Source of the DNA: Octopus vulgaris
Lineage: Eukaryota
Reading direction: 5' to 3'
Assembly (NCBI GenBank): GCA_951406725.2
Contig: OX597819.1
Location: 60,202,001 to 60,266,000 of the forward strand
Length of the DNA stretch: 64,000 bases
Below are positions 53,699 to 64,000 of this stretch, in pieces. Both the position numbers and the translations under genes were made by a program. Numbering within the stretch: the first letter of the stretch is position 1; every line of letters starts with the position of its first letter. The notes under the pieces were generated by a model. The model was not told where the DNA came from. It was given only the letters and a program-made list of their open reading frames with translations, and made no database searches.

Positions 53699-54351
53699 AT
53701 GGTTGTGTGGTAAGAAACTTGCTTCCTAACTACATGGTTTTTGCATTCAGTCCCACCGTGTGGCACCTTGGGCAAGTATCTTCTACTATAGCCTCAAGCC
53801 AACCAAAGCTTTGTGAATGGGTCTGATAGACAGAAACTGAAAAAGCCCATCGTACATGTGTGTGTTTGTGGGGGGGTATGTGTCTTTGTTGCTGTGTTTA
53901 TTCCCCACCACTACTTGACAACTGGTGTTGGTGTGTTTACATACCCCATAACTTAGCAGATCAGCAACAAGATTGAGAAAATAAGTATCAGGCTTAAAAA
54001 AAGGTCCTAGGGTCGATTCATTCGACTAAAAGTTTTTCAGAGCAGTACCCCAGCTTGGCCTCAGTCTAATGACGGAAACAAGTAAAAGATAAAAGATATT
54101 CTTTTATTTGTTTCACTCATTTGTCTGCAGCCATGCTGGAGCACTGCCTTTAGTTGAACAAATTGACTTATTCTTTGTAAGCCTCGTACTTATCCTATCG
54201 GTCTCTTTTGCCGAACCAATAAGTTATGGGGATGTAAACACACCAACATCGGTCGTCACACAAACATCAAGCATCAAACTAATACACTTGCTTGTTGTTC
54301 ATAAACCTGTGTTTGTCTTTTGTTGTTCTGAAAATTTCAGCTATATATTTA

Positions 54352-54403
<52 letters not shown>

Positions 54404-54590
54404 TAGATAGATAGATAGATATATGTGCGATGGGCTTCTTTCAGTTTCTGTCTACCAAATCCACTCACAAGACTTTGGTTGGCCTAAGACTATAGTAGAA
54501 GACATTTGCCCAAGGTGCCATGCAGTGGGACTGAACCCGGGATCATGTGGTTAGGAAGCAAGCTCCTTACCATACACCCACGCCTGTGCC
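53699..54590. mobile_element. Two family A SINEs tail-to-tail (53699-54097 +, 54098-54590 -)
   Basis: tail GTAAAAGATAAAAGA directly abuts an inverted tail TTCTTTTATTTGTTTC. Confidence 0.85.
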
Positions 54591-55135
54591 TATATATATA
54601 TAATTATAATATATATGAAATAAAAAGTAAAAGAGTCAAAAGGAAGAGTAAGTACGGTTAGGCAGATTTTTAATTGCTACAAATGTTTCGATACATACAG
54701 ATCCTCATATATACAGGATTTAAAGTTAAGTTTAAATTAAATTATGTAACGATTTACCTGTATCAGAAGATCTATATGTATCTCCTCTGGTGATACCCAG
54801 TTGCTGTCTCTGTAAAATCTAGATTTCCATGCTGCCTAACCGTACTTACACTTCCTTTTGACTCTCTTTACTTTTATACATGAGGAATACCTAAGACTAG
54901 AATTGGTAGCATACCATAAGAATACTACTGGCTATTTGGGAATTCTAAGGGTGAACGAGCTCTATTTGTACTCTTATACGTTCTTAACAGAACACACCTC
55001 AACTATATATATATATATATTGGTGTTAGGAAGGACATCCAGCTGTAGAAACACTGCTAGATCAGACTGGAGCCTGGTGCAGCCTCTGGCTTCCCAGACC
55101 CCGGTCAAACGGACGTTAAACGATGATGATGATGA

Positions 55136-55229
<94 letters not shown>

Positions 55230-55945
55230 TATTTCACATTGTTCCGGTGCAGTCAGCTGGCAAAAATGAGTAGTACCTGTATTTCAAAGGGCTGCCTTGT
55301 CACATTCTGTGTCATGCTGAATCTCTGTGAGAACTAGGTTAAGAGCACACGAATCTCTGGTGTACTCAGCCACTTGTATGTTAATTTCCCAAGCAGGCTG
55401 TTCCATTGATGAGATCAACTGGAGACCTCATCGTCGTAACCAATGGAATATCAGTTATAATTGGTAATTTATCTCTGTACATCTCTTTCTCTGTTTCCTA
55501 AAACAAGATAACTCTGATTTTATTAGATATATTTTCTCCTTTTTGATTTACTATGTAAAAGCTAGAGTGTTGCCTGTCATATGAGAAATAATGTTACATT
55601 TGTATACAATTGATTTTTAATCAATATTATTGCTACTATCACCATCATCATCATCCTTTAATGTTCATTTTCCATACTGGCATGGATTGGATGGTTTGAC
55701 CAAAGATGGCAAGCAGGAGAGCTGCTCCAAGTTTTGGTTTGATTTGGCTTGGTTTCATCAGCTGGATGTCCTTCCTAATGACATCCCCTTTATAGCCTGT
55801 GCTTTTAATGTAGTACTAGCATGAACACTCGCACATGGCACTGGCACGAGTGCTTTTCGCGTGGCACCTGCACAGGGTTCTTGCAGGCCAATCCTTTCCA
55901 TCAAGGGGAGCAACATTAACACTCTGACTCTCTCTCTTTCTCTCT

Positions 55946-56319
55946 CTTTTACTTGTTTCAGTCATTTGACTGTGGCCATGCTGGAGCACCGCCTTTAGTC
56001 GAGCAAATCGACCCCAGGACTTATTCTTTGTAAGCCTAGTACTTATTCTATTGGTCTCTTTTGCCGAACCACTAAGTTACGGGGACATAAACACACCAGC
56101 ATCGGTTGTCAAGTGATGTTGGGGGGACAAACATATACACATATATATATTCATATATACGATGGGCTTCTTTCAGTTTCCATCTACCAAATCCACTCAC
56201 AAGGCTTTGGTCTGCCCGAAGCTATAGTAGAAGACACTTGCCCAAGGTGCCACAGAGTAGGAATGAACCCGGAACCATGTGGTAAGCAAGCTACTTACCA
56301 CACAGCCACTCCTACGCCT
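55946..56319 (-). mobile_element. SINE family A
   Basis: reverse complement of family A. Confidence 0.9.
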
Positions 56320-56542
56320 ATGAGAAATTTGTTTTTGGTTTAGTTTAATAAATACTTCTATATTGAAAATATTTCATTTAATTACTTTATAGAAGCACTA
56401 TGATATGTACAAGAGATAAAATTATAATTATTGTACCTAAATAATATTGGTTTCAAATTTTGGCACATGCACACACACACACACACACACGTCCATGCTT
56501 ATAATTTTATATTGTCTCTTTTTTTTTTGTTTTCTTTTCCAG

Positions 56543-57385
56543 TGAAATTACACAGTTGGCTTTTCTTCAACTCCAAGATGCCTCCCATCAAAACCATTGT
56601 GGAACCCATCCTCTTTTTGTACATGTTCACACAATTTATGAATGCAGCAGTATTTCAAAGTTTATTTTACAGTCGAATATGTTTAAAAAATTTCAATGCA
56701 TCTATATGTTCCGTCCTGGGCAATGGGTCATTTACTTCAGAAGAAAACTATGTACAAGGACAAACTTCAAATTGGATTTTATACTGCAACGTTGTACTTC
56801 TAATTCCTTCTACATTTGTTAGTTTCTTCTTTGGTCCATTTAGTGATAAAGTTAGTCGCAAAATTGTTATCATTCTTCCTATTATAGGAAACATATTGTT
56901 GTTTTGTGTGTGTGCATTAGTTTCTTACTTAGAAAATGTACCCATAGCATATATACTTTTGGGTTATTTTCTCTCTGGGCTTTTGGGAGGCTACATTGGG
57001 ATGCTGATGGCTATTTTAAGCTATGCCACTCATGTCACAGATATTAAATTCCGTACTATTCGCATTGGAATTGTTGAGTCTATGATATTTTTTTCTGGAA
57101 CCATAGGTGTATTTCTGTCTGGAATCCTTTTAAAATATATTGGCTTTGTTTGGATCTATGTACTAATGGCTGGCTGTTGTATTGTTGCTTTAATTTATTG
57201 CATCATTGTCATCGAAGATATAAACACTAGTGGAGAATCTTTCTCCAAAAATTTGTTAACAATTTTCAAAATTCAACACTTTAAAGATTTAATATCATTT
57301 ATCACTAAACCAAGGAACTCAAATGTACGGATTGTTTTGTTCCTGTCAGTTGTTATTATTGGAGTTATGATGTTCTTGATAATGG
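56543..57385 (+). CDS. SLC46A: Large exon of SLC46-family MFS transporter, paralog B (first internal ATG 56578)
   Basis: VEPILFLYMF, Cys pair in first loop, EENYVQGQTSNW, GPFSDKVSRK (MFS motif A), RTIRIGIVESM; acceptor ttttccag, donor G|gtgagt at 57386; exact ortholog (A1 or A3) unresolved. Confidence 0.93.
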
Positions 57386-58883
57386 GTGAGTAAATAATTT
57401 TTCTTTCTAATTGAATATTAACTACCATAACTGATGAAAATCTATCATTCATAAATCTGCCATTTTATTAAAAAAAACAAACTTATGAAACAAGCATTAG
57501 ACTTACTTAAGCTTCTGTGTCAGGTGAAGCAGTCAAAGTACTCCAGTTGGACCAGTCAGCAGCCACCCTCTGCATTGTCACTGTCTCTGGATGGACACAA
57601 CTGTTGCCCTGCCTACTGTGAAGCTTTTGCATGTTGAACTGTTTTCATAGCTTGACATTCTTCTGGGGACAGGGTGCTAACCTGAAGCCTAGTCACTTGC
57701 TTTTAGGAAAGAGACTGTATGGAGCTGTCTATGTTGACTGTTAACTGAGGTCTATGATGTATATTTGTGGGTACCCTTCAGTCACAGACATCTGGTTGTT
57801 GGTTTTCTTAAGAATCCTTCACTCTGTTCTTGGCCATTGCTGCAGTTCCTCTACCTACCTCATGGTATAGTGTCAACACTACCCCTTTGTGCTTTAGCAT
57901 ACCAGTTGAGCTGGTGTACAAGGGTGTGGCATGTAAAGCTAGCACATGAGGGATTTAGTGTGTAGTGCTAATGATGTACATTCATCTTGCTAAGCACGAA
58001 GCAGCATGCCAGGCATCATAGGTTCTAGCTCTATCCAGAGTTCACTGCACCCCTAAATAAACATTGCATAGACGAAATTACCTTTTAATGGCATTTATAT
58101 GAGATAAATGAAAATTAATTTAAAATTGCTAAAAAAATTTTTTAAAAACTTTTGTGGATTAACAACATTTCATGAAAAGTTATGTTGAGTCTAACAGCAA
58201 ACTAAATATATATGTCAATGTTATAAGGTGAATGGACCCATAAAATGACCTCTAGAAGTTTTTATTTGAAATGTAAGTTTGGAGCTAAATTCCCTGTATA
58301 AGATAAACCAGTAATATTTCGCAACAGTTTGTTACATGTGTTAGTTTGGGTTCAATGGATTGGAATATTTCACAACTGGATACAGAGTTTGTTTTCAATC
58401 CTATCTCATTGCATGGCATTTGGGCCAGTGTCTTCTACAATATCCTCAGACAAACCAGTGTCTTGTGAGTGTAATTTGAAGCCAGAAATATTATGGAAAC
58501 CTGTTATGTGTATGTCTGTATGGACACATACATGCACACATTATAGAAATCGTTGTCTTGGCCAAAGCCAGTACTACCTGACAGGTACATAAAAAGCACC
58601 ATTTAAGTGTGTCGATGCCAGTGCCACCAGACTGGCTCTCGTGCTGGTGGCACATAAAAAGCACCATACAAGCATGGTCAATGCCAGTGGCACATAAAAA
58701 GCACCCACTACATTCTCAGAGTGATTGGTTTTAGGAAGGACTGTACAAAGTGAGCGTCTTAAGCACACAGTCACACCTATGTCTATAGCTGTAAGTTTCA
58801 GTAGTAAATATTGATTGAAAGAACCACAGGTCTTACACAAGTGTGTCATGCTGTACTTCATCATAATTGCTGTTATTCTAAAC

Positions 58884-59302
58884 CAGTGATTCTCAACCAT
58901 TTTTTTTACCTATGGAACCCCTATTGATTCTTACCCATTCATACCCATTCAATGATTTTAAAAAATCCTATTATATTTTTATAATTGAATATTATTAGGA
59001 ACTGTATTAAAATAAAAACATTTTGTGTATTGAGTGATGGTTTGTTACCAACTTAATGTGGCCGTCTCAGAAAGGAAAGAATGCTACTGCTATTTAGCCC
59101 CAGGAAACACTGTTTCTAGTTGGCTATATGACAAGTGTCCTGTGTCCATCTCGCTCAGAGATTTAATATTTTGCGTATTGTCATTATATTGCGTATTATT
59201 TTGCGTATTTATTATATTGCGTATTATTTTGCTTATTATTTTGCGCATAAGCTTTAACAACAAAATTTTATATGGACCCCTTCCCAAGGTTCATAACTAC
59301 TG
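58884..59302. mobile_element. hAT (Charlie-like) MITE with 8-bp target duplication
   Basis: TTCTAAAC|CAGTGATTCTCAACC ... GGTTCATAACTACTG|TTGTAAAC. Confidence 0.8.
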
Positions 59303-59591
59303 TTGTAAACCATGGACGTTACGGTTCAGATTTTACACTTTACACTTGGTGTAATCCTCCACTAATTTTGTGAATTTTAATTTTTTTTTGGTATAAATTT
59401 TTTTGGTGTAGTGACATATGTGGTATTTATTTTCAACTTCAAAATGGCTTTTGTAAATATATTTTATTAACAAAATCATATTTTGCTTTTACCATTTAGC
59501 TTCATTACATATCATTGCTGTGAGACACATGTTTATTATTTTAATAATAGAATTCAAATTGAAGTTAATTTAACCATCTTTATCATTTTAG

Positions 59592-59834
59592 GTGAAAATG
59601 ACATCAATCTGTTGTATCTGCGGCACTCTCCAATCTCAGCAACTATAACTGAAGTAGGATATTTTGCAGCACTTGAGAGCGCTGTTCGAGGAGTATCTTT
59701 GATAGTTTTTCTCCCATTGTTAAAGAAATTTTTGAACCCAAATGACTTCTTCTTATGCATTGCTGGTTTGATTTCAAGAGCAGCTTCTTCAGTTACTTTA
59801 GCATTAGTTCGAGTCAAAAGTGTTATATATTTTG
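59592..59834 (+). CDS. SLC46A: Next coding exon of SLC46 paralog B
   Basis: tttag acceptor, phase 1 giving GENDINLLYLRHSP...EVGYF...NDFFLCIAGL; donor G|gttggt at 59835. Confidence 0.9.
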
Positions 59835-59979
59835 GTTGGTATAATATTAATAATTTGAAAATTTGAAAAATAATTTACATTGTTTTTGTATTTGGTTTGC
59901 ATGATTCTTGATTTGAATTTGTGTAATGAAACAGATTTGTTGCATCTTGGGACGGTCATTACACGAATGATAAACACAT

Positions 59980-60288
59980 GCACTGGTTCTATTTCACTTC
60001 TTTTACCAACTATCTAATCACTTATTTGATTTATCCGTCAGTTAATCAACCAGTCAGCTGTGTTTGCCGCAGTCCGTTCAGCACTGTCACCACCTCTTCT
60101 ATGACATGCCCTCTTTATGCCAGGTCATCTTCAATCATGGAAGAGGTTGTGCATGGTGACAAAAGGACTTCAGCAAACACAACTGATTGATGATTAACTA
60201 AATGGTTAATTAAACAGTCAATTAGTTAGTTAGTTAAATAGCTAACCAATTGGAAAATAATAATGAAGAAGTGAAATTAAACCAGTGT
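59980..60288. repeat. Imperfect palindrome (foldback MITE-like) in the intron
   Basis: GCACTGGTTCTATTTCACTTC / GAAGTGAAATTAAACCAGTGT outer arms; CAGCTGTGTTTGC / GCAAACACAACTG and ACCTCTTC / GAAGAGGT inner arms. Confidence 0.78.
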
Positions 60289-60908
60289 GTGTGTGTGTGT
60301 GTGTTTATTGTTGGCATAATGACCTTCTCAAAATATAATAATTTGTTGTTTGTAAAAAAAATCACGCCTTCCCTTCCCCTCCAATCCACATTTTATTTCT
60401 TACATAGTTGTATATTAGTTGTCATTGCTGCCATTACTTATGTTGAAGACATCCAATATTTCTTTGAACCTATGTTTAGTTGAAGGATCTTTCAGCTTTC
60501 ATACCCCTCTTCTCTCAAATTGTCTTGTGTCACAGTGTCCATCTGAGTTCTTATCCAGAGGTTATTGACCATCACTCTATGCTCAGTGATATATCCTTCA
60601 CCAGAGAAAGATTCAATATTCACTTAGAGCTTGATGCAACTCTGTAGCTCACCAAATCCTATCACCATGCAACATATACCAGCATGGAAACTATACATTT
60701 AATGATGACAATGACGATGAACCAACTGCCTATCTTGTTTCAGGATGCATATAAAGTTCATCTGACTTACATTTTTGCCTGATTTGTCAAGTTATCAGGT
60801 GACCAGCTGATCTTTTCTGATATTAACATTGCAGATAGTTAAATATGTCATGAGCAACAAAATCTCCATTAAATCTCGATCCTAATTCATACCTTGTACT
60901 ACATCTAT

Positions 60909-60945
<37 letters not shown>

Positions 60946-61032
60946 TAATAATAAATATTAGGGAGTAAATCCAAATTTACAGGGAAAAATCAGATTTAGG
61001 ATTGAATTCAATTTTATAGTAAAATATTATAT

Positions 61033-61228
61033 TATATTAAATTAGAGACAAAACCACTATTATGCAAATCAAACAAAGAAAGACTTAAGCCAATACATAA
61101 AATAATTTATATAAATTTAGAAATTTAACAATTATAAATAAATTTCTAAATTTATATAAATTATTTTATGTATTGGCTTAAGTCTTTCTTTGTTTGATTT
61201 GCATAATAGTGGTTTTGTCTCTAATTTA

Positions 61229-61233
<5 letters not shown>
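61033..61233. repeat. Perfect 95-bp inverted repeat with 11-nt loop
   Basis: 61033-61127 equals the reverse complement of 61139-61233 base for base. Confidence 0.95.
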
Positions 61234-61273
<40 letters not shown>

Positions 61274-61330
61274 ATATATATATATGTGTGTGTGTATATG
61301 TATATATATATATATGTATATATATATATG

Positions 61331-61381
<51 letters not shown>

Positions 61382-61406
61382 GTGTATATATGTATATATA
61401 TATATA

Positions 61407-62510
61407 TTCCGGAGATATGAGGAGAGATTTTATACTCAGAGAAGATGAATGTATCCATAATAATGTAGATGTAATTTCCTGATATATGAGAGGATGTTGA
61501 TCACACTTCTATTCGTTTCACAAAATTACTATGTTGGAAGAAGCGATTGGCTAAAAGAAGTCAGTGAAGCAAAAACCGCCCAAATAAGGACGTTAAACGA
61601 TGATGATGATGATGATGATGATATATATATATATACACACACACATATATACATACATATATATATATATATAAATGTCCAGTTCCTTGGTTTTGTGTTT
61701 ATGTTTTCATTTCTCATTGTGTTCGATGTTTTTTGGGTGTCCTGTACCCATATATGCATGTATATATACATGTAGATGTAGGTACGTACATATATGTATG
61801 TATATATGCATATGTTTTATTTATTAATTTGGTATATATATATATATATAGACACACACACACACACACATATATATATATTTCAGTAAAAACAATTAAG
61901 ATTCAAGTGAGTTCCAATGAATTCACATGAATGCGGTTCTTAACTTAGATGCACCAGAAATCTTTATGGTATCAACCATAAAATAATGTGGGATGATTAT
62001 AACCAAGAAGAAAGCAACAAGAATGGATTAGTTGTTCAGTACAATTGTTTCATACGAAGAACAGCTTTATTAAAAGCTGCAAATATTGCAGCAAATACAA
62101 GTGTCCCGTATTCATCAGCCAAAACACATATGAGTTTTCCAAACATCCTAGGGGGTGAGGCTACACTCATGAAGTATCGACGAGAGTTCTATGAAAAGCA
62201 AAGTTAGATTGTAAGCAGACTTCAAATGTTCTCTAATGATGCACAGTTTTATAAAAGGTTTTTAAAAAAGTTTGTTAGCTTCACAGAAAAGGTAAATCCA
62301 TCCATAATAATGCAGGTGTAATTTCCGGAGATATGAGGAGAGATTTTATACTCAGAGAAGATGAATGTATCCATAATAATGTAGATGTAATTTCCTGATA
62401 TATGAGAAGATGTTGATCACACTTCTATTCGTTTCACAAAACTACTATGTTGGAAGAAGCGATTGGCTAAAAGAAGTCAGTGAAGCAAAAACCGCCCAAA
62501 TAAGGACATT
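61407..62510. repeat. ~188-bp near-identical direct repeat (61407-61594 and 62323-62510), possible Penelope pseudo-LTR
   Basis: TTCCGGAGATATGAGG...CCCAAATAAGGACRTT in both copies with few mismatches. Confidence 0.85.
62035..62123 (-). ncRNA. Type I hammerhead ribozyme motif (Penelope-associated)
   Basis: minus strand: UUUGG-CUGAUGA-AUACG[...]CGUAU-GAAAC-AAUU-GUA^CUGAA; complete catalytic core with stems I, II and III. Confidence 0.75.
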
Positions 62511-63244
62511 ATGGGACATTATGGGAGGAAGGGGGTGTAAGTACACAACTTACAAAGTTTATTTTATTTCTGTGGTGACAGAAAATCTAGGTCAGTGTTG
62601 CAGGAATCTGAGATTTATAATATATAAAAGAGAACATTATTTTTGACCATCATACAGCTATTAACTGCCACACCTACAGACTTAATGGAGGGTATAAGAA
62701 TATAAAGAGAACAAAAGAAAGTATCAAAGGGGTCAAAGGCTATCAGTAGAGGAAAATACATTAAGAAATTTAAGTGCAACACTAGAACAGGAGGTTATTT
62801 ATTTATTTATTTATTATTGTTTCTATTTATACTAATGTTTATACATTGTAAGACAGACTTTAGGTCTATACCTAGAGGTCAATTAATTTCTATAGTAAAA
62901 GGTGTGAGAGTATTGTTTATTCAAAATATAGTGAAAATTATAGTGAAAATTCTTTATATTATTATTAAGGGAGTAGCATTACTTATTAAACTTAGAATAG
63001 AATTAGGGATTATTAGCAATTTATTTGATTTAAGTTGGGTTAATTAAATTAAATTAACTATATAGTCAATTAAAATTTTGGCAACGTACAAATACTATTT
63101 GTATCTTTGTGTTCTAAAACAGGTACAGTTAGAAAGAAAGAACACCAGTGGAAGAGCTCACAGATATCTATTTAAAATATATATTAGAGTTTTGCTTTTT
63201 TTGTAAAAACAAGATAGACCTAGCTCTATGCGATTTTTATTTAA

Positions 63245-63636
63245 AATATTTAAGAGTCTTGATTTTTGAGTGAATACAAGAGTGACCTAATTCGATACGG
63301 TTATTTAACAAATTTTTATTTTTATTTTTTTATTTATTTATTTATTTTTTTTCTGTGCCTTAAAATTTCATATGTCTCCATGGAGCAGTGTTGGCAACCT
63401 ACCCTGTTATTTCTATAAGGCATCGCTCTTCTAACTATTTCCCAATTAAGGTTATATTTAATATTATTATTTTTGAGTTCCCACATCTTACTTGAAAGTG
63501 TGGTGCAACCAGCTTTATGACGTAACTTAAATGAGGAGATATGGTTGCTAACTCTTTGTTTAAATTTTATAGTACAACCCAAATAAAAAAATTTGGTATT
63601 CTCAGTAGTTATGGTACATTTATAGATTACGTTATT
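63245..63636 (-). mobile_element. Penelope-like element GIY-YIG endonuclease C-terminal fragment
   Basis: NVIYKC...[15 protein letters not shown]...TTLS..W.L...W.I...Y...CQHC..E...LLNNR.E...CIH pattern; truncated into a (TA)n tract. Confidence 0.82.
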
Positions 63637-63644
63637 GACCCCAC

Positions 63645-63701
63645 ATATATTTATATATACATATGTATATATATATGTGTATATATATGTATATATATAT
63701 G

Positions 63702-63732
<31 letters not shown>

Positions 63733-63769
63733 GTATATATACCTATATATATATATACATATGTATATT

Positions 63770-63802
<33 letters not shown>

Positions 63803-63834
63803 ATACGTATATATATATATATACATATATATAC

Positions 63835-63875
<41 letters not shown>

Positions 63876-63892
63876 CATACATATAATTGTAC

Positions 63893-63929
<37 letters not shown>

Positions 63930-63930
63930 C
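63645..63930. repeat. Degenerate (TA)n microsatellite; similar tracts near 6150, 7910, 8200, 10548, 25956, 28036, 28240, 52906, 55140 and 61235
   Basis: direct inspection. Confidence 0.95.
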
Positions 63931-64000
63931 GTATATAATTGTTATTCTACCAATTATATACGCTTTTATTATTTTTTTGCAATTTACTTAATTATTGATA

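Noticed and set aside
56431-56542. N-terminal extension of the 320-aa ORF
   Set aside because: Intronic (CA)n and polypyrimidine tract upstream of the acceptor
60419-60483. Possible next SLC46 exon (VVIAAITYVED...)
   Set aside because: Weak acceptor, early stop, no resemblance to the expected RS..SK segment; the true exon probably lies beyond the window

Overview
AT-rich, repeat-saturated eukaryotic DNA, most likely from an octopod cephalopod (inferred from the SINE families, RTE tails and (TA)n/(GAT)n density). It holds parts of two tandem + strand SLC46 (PCFT/SLC46A3-like) MFS transporter genes. Paralog A contributes its last two coding exons (5143-5299, 9143-9224); neither is evident as an exon in the ORF track, and the protein ends in a GYKDL lysosomal-type motif. 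Paralog B contributes its 5' part: a predicted 16-nt first coding exon at 32941-32956, then exons 56543-57385 and 59592-59834. The rest is transposon debris: three tRNA-derived SINE families, RTE LINE fragments with a PHD finger inside the RT, CR1, mariner, Merlin and Helitron remnants, piggyBac/hAT/pogo/MULE-type MITEs and several long palindromes. Penelope-like fragments sit in (TA)n tracts and carry hammerhead ribozyme motifs, one apparently intact at 62035-62123 (minus strand). Most ORF-track entries are microsatellite or SINE artefacts. Repeat boundaries were read by eye and are approximate.
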